Origin: a virus
IMG/VR virus record: IMGVR_UViG_3300026078_000018
Length of the DNA: 64,000 bases
Strand: one strand, 5' to 3'
Below the pieces are notes generated by a model. It did not search any database. It had not been told where the DNA came from and worked only from the letters and a program-made list of their open reading frames with translations. The number at the start of each line of letters is the position of its first letter. The first letter of the stretch is position 1. Both the position numbers and the translations under genes were made by a program. Shown here in pieces: positions 58,542-64,000 of this stretch.

Positions 58542-59471
58542 ATGGCCCGTTGGAGCGATATCGCCGAGTGGATCGGCCCCACCGAGAACCGTTACCCGGG
58601 CGGCATGGGCTCGGTCGCCGGTGTCGTCCTGCACATCCAGGACGGCTCCGAGGCCGGAACCGAAGCCTGGCAGAAGAACCCGTCTGCGCAGGTCTCCTCC
58701 CACTTCCTGGCACCTCGGGATGGTGGTCTTCGGCAGATGACCGATACCCGTGATGCAGCTTGGGCAGAAGTGTCAGGTAATTTGCACTGGCTGTCGATCG
58801 AGAACGAAGGCTTCGGCGGGCAGCCACTCACCGCCGACCAGATCGAGTCATGTGCCCAGGTGCTGGCGCGCGCCCACGCCGTCTACGGCGTGCCGCTGCA
58901 GGCCTGCGACGACCCGCTGCTGCCCGGCGCCGCCGGACTCACCGGCCACGGCAAGGGCGGCGCCGCGTGGGGCGGCCACTACGACTGTCCCGGCGACCCG
59001 GTGCTGGCCCAGCGCGCCGCCATCCTCGACCGCGCCGCGGCGATCGTCGGGGCCCGACCTACCCCGACCCCCACCCCGGTGCCGACCCCGGCGCCCACAT
59101 CCGAGGAGGACGACGACATGGCTATCGCCCTGATGGGCTCGGTGCCCGAAGGCTTCGACGAGGCGCTGGTGCTCACCCCGCCGCCGCCGCAGACCGGCAA
59201 GAACTGGGGCGACCGCAACGTCTGGCTCTCCTTCGGCGCCGACTTCGACGACGCGCTGCTGCGCATCGCCTACTGGGTGCACGGCGACTCAGCCTGGAAG
59301 GTCATGCCGCAGCCGCTGCACGTGCCCCGCGTCGGCGACCGCGTCAACCCGTTCGGCGGCCCGGCGCCGAAGGGCCTGCAGAAGGTGTCGGTCAAGCGCG
59401 TGGCCGCCTCCGAAGCCGACAAGGGCACCTGCCCGGTCGGATGGCTCGTCGAGGTCGGACCAGCCTCGTGA
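58542..59471 (+). CDS. endolysin, N-acetylmuramoyl-L-alanine amidase (Amidase_2)
   Basis: VVLH, SSHF, AWA, SIENEG, GH and DCPG motifs; PT linker; GAGGAG RBS. Confidence 0.88.
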   Translation: MARWSDIAEWIGPTENRYPGGMGSVAGVVLHIQDGSEAGTEAWQKNPSAQVSSHFLAPRDGGLRQMTDTRDAAWAEVSGNLHWLSIENEGFGGQPLTADQIESCAQVLARAHAVYGVPLQACDDPLLPGAAGLTGHGKGGAAWGGHYDCPGDPVLAQRAAILDRAAAIVGARPTPTPTPVPTPAPTSEEDDDMAIALMGSVPEGFDEALVLTPPPPQTGKNWGDRNVWLSFGADFDDALLRIAYWVHGDSAWKVMPQPLHVPRVGDRVNPFGGPAPKGLQKVSVKRVAASEADKGTCPVGWLVEVGPAS

Positions 59472-59920
59472 GCCCGGCGTTCAAGACCAGCGGCACAGCG
59501 ACCAGGATCCTCGCCGACGACCTGCGCAAGCTGCACATCAACACCCAGCTGCTCCGATTCGGGCGCCTATTCGCAACCTACCTGGTCGCGCACTGGGTGT
59601 TCCCCAACGGCTTCGACTGGCAGGCCTTCGGGATCCTGCTGGCCACCGCCGTGGAGGCCGCGTTCCAGCAGATGTTCCCGCAGCTGCCGATCGCGCACGT
59701 CCTGCACACCGCCATCGCCTCCACACGGCTGCGCAAATACCTGGGCGGCACCGCCGCCACCAGCAGCTCCGGACAGCCGCAGACGACGCCCGCCACCGGC
59801 GACCCCATGACCGCATCACCCGCCGCCTCCCCGGCCGCCGGGACACCCGCGACGACGAGCAATGACCCGTCGGCCGATCCCGCCCAGAAGCCCCAGGCCA
59901 TCCCGAACAACGGCGACTGA
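59468..59920 (+). CDS. putative holin
   Basis: GTGA overlap with the lysin; two hydrophobic segments. Confidence 0.55.
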   Translation: MSPAFKTSGTATRILADDLRKLHINTQLLRFGRLFATYLVAHWVFPNGFDWQAFGILLATAVEAAFQQMFPQLPIAHVLHTAIASTRLRKYLGGTAATSSSGQPQTTPATGDPMTASPAASPAAGTPATTSNDPSADPAQKPQAIPNNGD

Positions 59921-59960
59921 CCCTCTGCACACCCACCCCCGAAATGAAAGGCCCACCATC

Positions 59961-60350
59961 ATGACCACTGGCGAAGTCAGCCACCGCACCGGCGCCCCGG
60001 CCGTCGGCACCGTCGTCCAGTACGAGCTGACCGAATACGACGCCGTCGAGATCAACAAGGCGCGCGCCGACCACCACAACTTCGCCCGCACTCTCGGGCA
60101 GGTGCTGCGCACCGGCCACGTCGGCCACATCGGCAACGGCGCCTCCAAGGGCGACATCGTCGCCGCGGTCGTCGTGCGCGTCTTCAACGAGGCCTCCCCG
60201 ACTGCCAACCTGCAGCTGCTGCTCGACGGCAACCACGGCTCCTGGAAGACCTCCATCAGCCACGGCCTGTCCGAGGGCACCTGGCGCTACATCGGCGAGA
60301 CGGCGCCGGACGCCCCGGCCGCGGCCGAGGACACCGCTGCCGTGTCCTGA
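59961..60350 (+). CDS. hypothetical protein
   Basis: AAAGG RBS; followed by a hairpin at about 60360-60399. Confidence 0.65.
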   Translation: MTTGEVSHRTGAPAVGTVVQYELTEYDAVEINKARADHHNFARTLGQVLRTGHVGHIGNGASKGDIVAAVVVRVFNEASPTANLQLLLDGNHGSWKTSISHGLSEGTWRYIGETAPDAPAAAEDTAAVS

Positions 60351-60440
60351 TCCAGCCCGACAGGCCGCCGTTCGCCATCGCCGCGGACGGCGGCCTGTCA
60401 CGTTCCCGGCGCGGACCGGAAAGCGTCGGAGGTCAACCTG

Positions 60441-63400
60441 ATGCTGAAGTTCGCCACCGCCGAGATCCTCTCGGCGCATCCCAGCGCCCACGCCACGCCC
60501 GCGCTGGCCCGCACAGCCCATCGCGCCGACTTCAGCCATCACCAGGTGCGCCCCGGCTTCCTGTATGTCCGCTCCCGCGCCATCTCCAGTCGTTGTAACG
60601 ACAACTTCGACGAGTTCCCTGCTGAAGAGCTTGAGAAGTCGTACAAGACGTTCATCGGCAAGCCGGTGTTCGTCAACCACGTCAACCACGACACCGACCG
60701 GGCTCGCGGAGTCGTCATCGACGCCGCCCTACACCGCGACCGCAACCCCGACGGCAGCCCCGACACCTGGGTCGAAGTCCTCATGGAAGTCGACGGCCTG
60801 CGCTTCCCCAAGCTCGCCGCCGCCATCATGGCCAAGCCACCGCGCGTCTACGAGACCTCCATGGGCTGCGACGTCGACTACTCCATCTGCAGCGCATGCG
60901 GCAACAAGGCCACGCGCCCGGAGGAGTACTGCCGCCACATCCCCGCTGCCAAGGGCACCCCCTACGCGGTCACCGACCACAAGACCGGCACCCGGCAGAC
61001 CAGCCCTATCCGCGAGATCTGCTACGGCCTGCGGTTCTTTGAGAATTCCCTGCTGGTCGAGGCACCGGCCGACCCGACCGCGCAGCTGCTTGGGGTGGAC
61101 GCCACCGGCCTGGACAAGACCTCGGCCGCCCGCCGCACTGCAATGCCGTCGCAGAACCACTCGCGTCCCGAAGGCTTCTACAGCACCATCACAGACCCCT
61201 ACGGCGACAAGGTCAGCCCCGGCCACTGCCCGCTATCCGACCCGAACTGCGATAGCAGAGCTCACAGCTCTGACGTCTATGAAACCCTCCACGAGATGGA
61301 GGGTTTCGATCCTGCCAGCCGCAGCCACCCCCAGCGAGTGTCCTCCATCGAATATGCCGTCCACCCCTGTGGTAAGCATGTTGATGTTCATGAGCTGAAA
61401 ACCGAACCCGATGAGACCGGCAATGGCTATGCCAGCGCTCTCATGGACGATCTGTACGACGCCTATCCTCACGCGATCATCAACCATGGGCGCCGTACCA
61501 GGGAGGGCGCGGGCTGGTGGTCCTCATATGAGGACCCCGACCCGAGCCGCTCCATCGCGGATACGAGCCGCTACGCCCCCAGCCGCACCGCCCGCTACAC
61601 CGATACCGGCCCGGTTTGCTCTCGCTGCCACCACGAGGCAGGCACCGGCCCCGGCTGCCCCAAATGCGACACCGCCCGGCTGTTGAAGGGCGCCATCGGC
61701 GACCTCGACCTCGGCGCCGAAGGCCACGACATGGCCTGGCAGTACCGCGACGCTGGACCCACCGTCCACGGCACCTGCCGAAACTGCGGACGCACCACCG
61801 AGCTCGGCGCCCCCGGCATGCGCGGCGACAACACCAAGGCACCCTCTGCCCACAGCGGCCCCTGCCCGGCCACCGACCGCCACGCCCCCGACGCCGCCGA
61901 CCGACTCACCCACGCCGTCGACTACCTCCCCGAGCCGCTGCAGCCGCGCCACCAGTCCAGCCGCACCGCTGGCTACGGCTATGACGACCGCTACATCAAC
62001 TGCGATCAAGGACACTGCCACTGGGATCCCGAGCGCACCGGATCAGGCGGGATGCTCATCCACCACGGCGGCCACGTACTGCTCGGCCGCCGCGCCGACT
62101 GGGTCCAGCACCCCGGCACCTGGGGCATCCCCGGCGGCGCCCTACACGAGGACGAGACCCCCGAGGAAGGCGCCCACCGCGAAGCCACCGAGGAACTCGG
62201 CCCGCTGCCGTCCCTACAGCACACCCACACCCACCACGACGACCACGGCGGCTGGGCCTACCACACCATCGTCGCCGAAGCCCCCCACCGCTTCCACCCC
62301 GAAGGCGGCGACGCCGAAACCGACGAGTTCCGGTGGGTTCACCCTCGCGACTTCCCCGACTATGACCTCCACCCCGGCTTCGCCGCCTCCTGGCCCCATC
62401 TCGCCCCCCATGTCCGAGGAGGCGCACGTGCCGCCGTGAAGACTGCGACGCGCGCCGAAGGCCTGTCCTTCGAGCACGAGGACACAGAGACTGGCGGCTC
62501 CAAGTGGCCGATGCTGCGGACGCTGCGCGCAGTCCACCCGGAGCACGGAACTGTGGGCGCCCTGTCCTACTGGCTGCCCAAGACCTCACGCGGACCCCTG
62601 GCCATCAAGGGCGTTTACGTGCCCCAGCAGCATCAGCGCAATGGCGTCGCCACTGCCCTAATGGATGAGGTTCAGCGTATGCACCCGGCCTCGGCGATCC
62701 AGCACGGTGACCGGACCAATGCCGGGCGCGCATGGTGGGAGGCCTACAGCGACAGCGCCCCCAAACAGCTACTGCAGCGCGGACGCACCCTGGCCACCCT
62801 CACCACTGAGGCCATGCCGCCCCGGCACACCGACCCGGCCGACCACCCCTTCTTCCAGGAGCACCCGGTATCCGCCGCCCATGTGGTGGCTCACTGGGCC
62901 GACGCCACCCCCGAGGAGAAGAACCAGGGTGAGCGCTGGTACGCCGACGCGCACCTGCTGGCCCACGCCCTGGCCCACACTTACGCAGGCGGCGATACCG
63001 GCAAGGCGGCAGGCGTCATCTCCGCCTACTCCCCGCGCACCAGCTGGGCCGCCAACATGCACAACGCCGCCCGCTCTCTGGCATCCGGACGCGCCTTGAA
63101 GGTCGGCGAAGGACTGTCGATCATGGGGGTGCACCACAGCCTCGCCGACAAGATCATGAACGGTGAGCACTACGACAAGGTGCTGAAGGGCCCGAAGACC
63201 AACGCCTTTGCCAAGCTCATCCACCATGGCGGCATCGACCCCGTCACCAAGCAGCCGATGCCCCACGTCGTCATCGACCGCCACGCCCTCTCAGTCGCCG
63301 CAGGCCAACGCCTATCCGAAGACGACGTCTCAGGCTTCCCCTCTTCCACCCCCCACTACTACAACCACGTCGCCAAGATTTACGCCGACGCCGCTGCCGC

Positions 63401-64000
63401 CATCTCCAAAGCCGAAAACCGCACCGTCGCCCCCCACCAAGTCCAAGCCACCACTTGGCTCGTCCGCATCCGCCACAACCAGGAAGAAGACCGGAACCTG
63501 CGCGGCGGAGGCGGCAAGGGCCGCGTCAAGAACCAGGAAAACCAGCTCGGCCAGTGGCGCGACCTCCACCCCACGCTGCTGCCCGGCGGCGCAGGATCCG
63601 ACAACATGCACATGTCGGCGCGGGCATCGCTGAGGAATACTGGAGCCATGGACAGCGGCGATCACCAACACCAGGCAGCCGAGCACCAGCTCTGCACCAG
63701 ATGCGGACGCCGCCTGAGCCGAGACTGGGACCGCGGCGGCCAGCCCATGCACTGCGACGAATGTGGTCAGCCCGGACACCACCGCGAATGCTGCACCGGC
63801 CCCACCGACACCGCCAAAGCCCTCCAACAGCAGTTCAGCGGCGCATCCGGCCGTATCACCACCCACCCCTCCTACGGCAACGTCTACCGCGCCGACCACC
63901 CCAGCGGCTGGTACGCCACCTACCCCCACGGCGCCACATACCTCACCATCGGACACGCCGCCTCCGACGAACACCACGGCGACGCAGTACATCACGGCGA
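60441..64000 (+). CDS. prohead (capsid maturation) protease fused to GNAT, Zn, Nudix, GNAT, glycosylase-like and Zn modules; runs off the window
   Basis: Hand-translated with no stop (>1180 aa); GGAGG RBS; GKPVFVNH...TSMGC..CSACG..CRHI..FFENSLL..PADPTA; exact Nudix box; not in the supplied ORF track. Confidence 0.85.
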   Translation, partial: MLKFATAEILSAHPSAHATPALARTAHRADFSHHQVRPGFLYVRSRAISSRCNDNFDEFPAEELEKSYKTFIGKPVFVNHVNHDTDRARGVVIDAALHRDRNPDGSPDTWVEVLMEVDGLRFPKLAAAIMAKPPRVYETSMGCDVDYSICSACGNKATRPEEYCRHIPAAKGTPYAVTDHKTGTRQTSPIREICYGLRFFENSLLVEAPADPTAQLLGVDATGLDKTSAARRTAMPSQNHSRPEGFYSTITDPYGDKVSPGHCPLSDPNCDSRAHSSDVYETLHEMEGFDPASRSHPQRVSSIEYAVHPCGKHVDVHELKTEPDETGNGYASALMDDLYDAYPHAIINHGRRTREGAGWWSSYEDPDPSRSIADTSRYAPSRTARYTDTGPVCSRCHHEAGTGPGCPKCDTARLLKGAIGDLDLGAEGHDMAWQYRDAGPTVHGTCRNCGRTTELGAPGMRGDNTKAPSAHSGPCPATDRHAPDAADRLTHAVDYLPEPLQPRHQSSRTAGYGYDDRYINCDQGHCHWDPERTGSGGMLIHHGGHVLLGRRADWVQHPGTWGIPGGALHEDETPEEGAHREATEELGPLPSLQHTHTHHDDHGGWAYHTIVAEAPHRFHPEGGDAETDEFRWVHPRDFPDYDLHPGFAASWPHLAPHVRGGARAAVKTATRAEGLSFEHEDTETGGSKWPMLRTLRAVHPEHGTVGALSYWLPKTSRGPLAIKGVYVPQQHQRNGVATALMDEVQRMHPASAIQHGDRTNAGRAWWEAYSDSAPKQLLQRGRTLATLTTEAMPPRHTDPADHPFFQEHPVSAAHVVAHWADATPEEKNQGERWYADAHLLAHALAHTYAGGDTGKAAGVISAYSPRTSWAANMHNAARSLASGRALKVGEGLSIMGVHHSLADKIMNGEHYDKVLKGPKTNAFAKLIHHGGIDPVTKQPMPHVVIDRHALSVAAGQRLSEDDVSGFPSSTPHYYNHVAKIYADAAAAISKAENRTVAPHQVQATTWLVRIRHNQEEDRNLRGGGGKGRVKNQENQLGQWRDLHPTLLPGGAGSDNMHMSARASLRNTGAMDSGDHQHQAAEHQLCTRCGRRLSRDWDRGGQPMHCDECGQPGHHRECCTGPTDTAKALQQQFSGASGRITTHPSYGNVYRADHPSGWYATYPHGATYLTIGHAASDEHHGDAVHHG

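Noticed and set aside
60565-63633. Short + strand ORFs listed in the track in this region
   Set aside because: Out of frame with the continuous motif-bearing ORF from 60441
1-64000. tRNA, rRNA, tmRNA, integrase, reverse transcriptase, major capsid and sheath genes
   Set aside because: None recognised by eye; capsid and sheath genes probably lie outside the window

Overview
A GC-rich (Actinomycetota-type) segment of a large myovirus genome, almost entirely on the + strand. The order is: baseplate/tail module (1-11.8 kb); SNF2 and DinG helicases and an HTH/Rep-like gene; a minus-strand ParA + partner partition cassette; a replisome (DnaC-like loader, DnaB, primase, J-like domain, SSB, DnaE, PD-(D/E)XK nuclease, RuvC); a sigma-like HTH; terminase; an intein-containing portal; PLD; endolysin/holin; and a prohead protease ORF that is missing from the ORF track (60441 to beyond the window end). 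From my recollection of gene content, not a database search, it resembles Bxz1/E3-like actinophages. ParA, centromere-like repeats and operators suggest a temperate phage-plasmid. Main novel candidate: several head-region genes are polyproteins that string enzyme modules (ART, four GNATs, Pol-beta NTase, 2H phosphoesterase, Nudix, glycosylase-like, Zn modules). The modules are joined by a recurring [R/K/H/T]-T-(G)-A / xEA junction, consistent with protease-released, capsid-packaged effectors. Other highlights: a tandem pair of covarying structured RNAs in the baseplate operon, a second ~290-nt structured RNA, 13-bp-phased GGYRTATACC sites and an 18-bp operator at four promoters. All function calls come from motif reading only.
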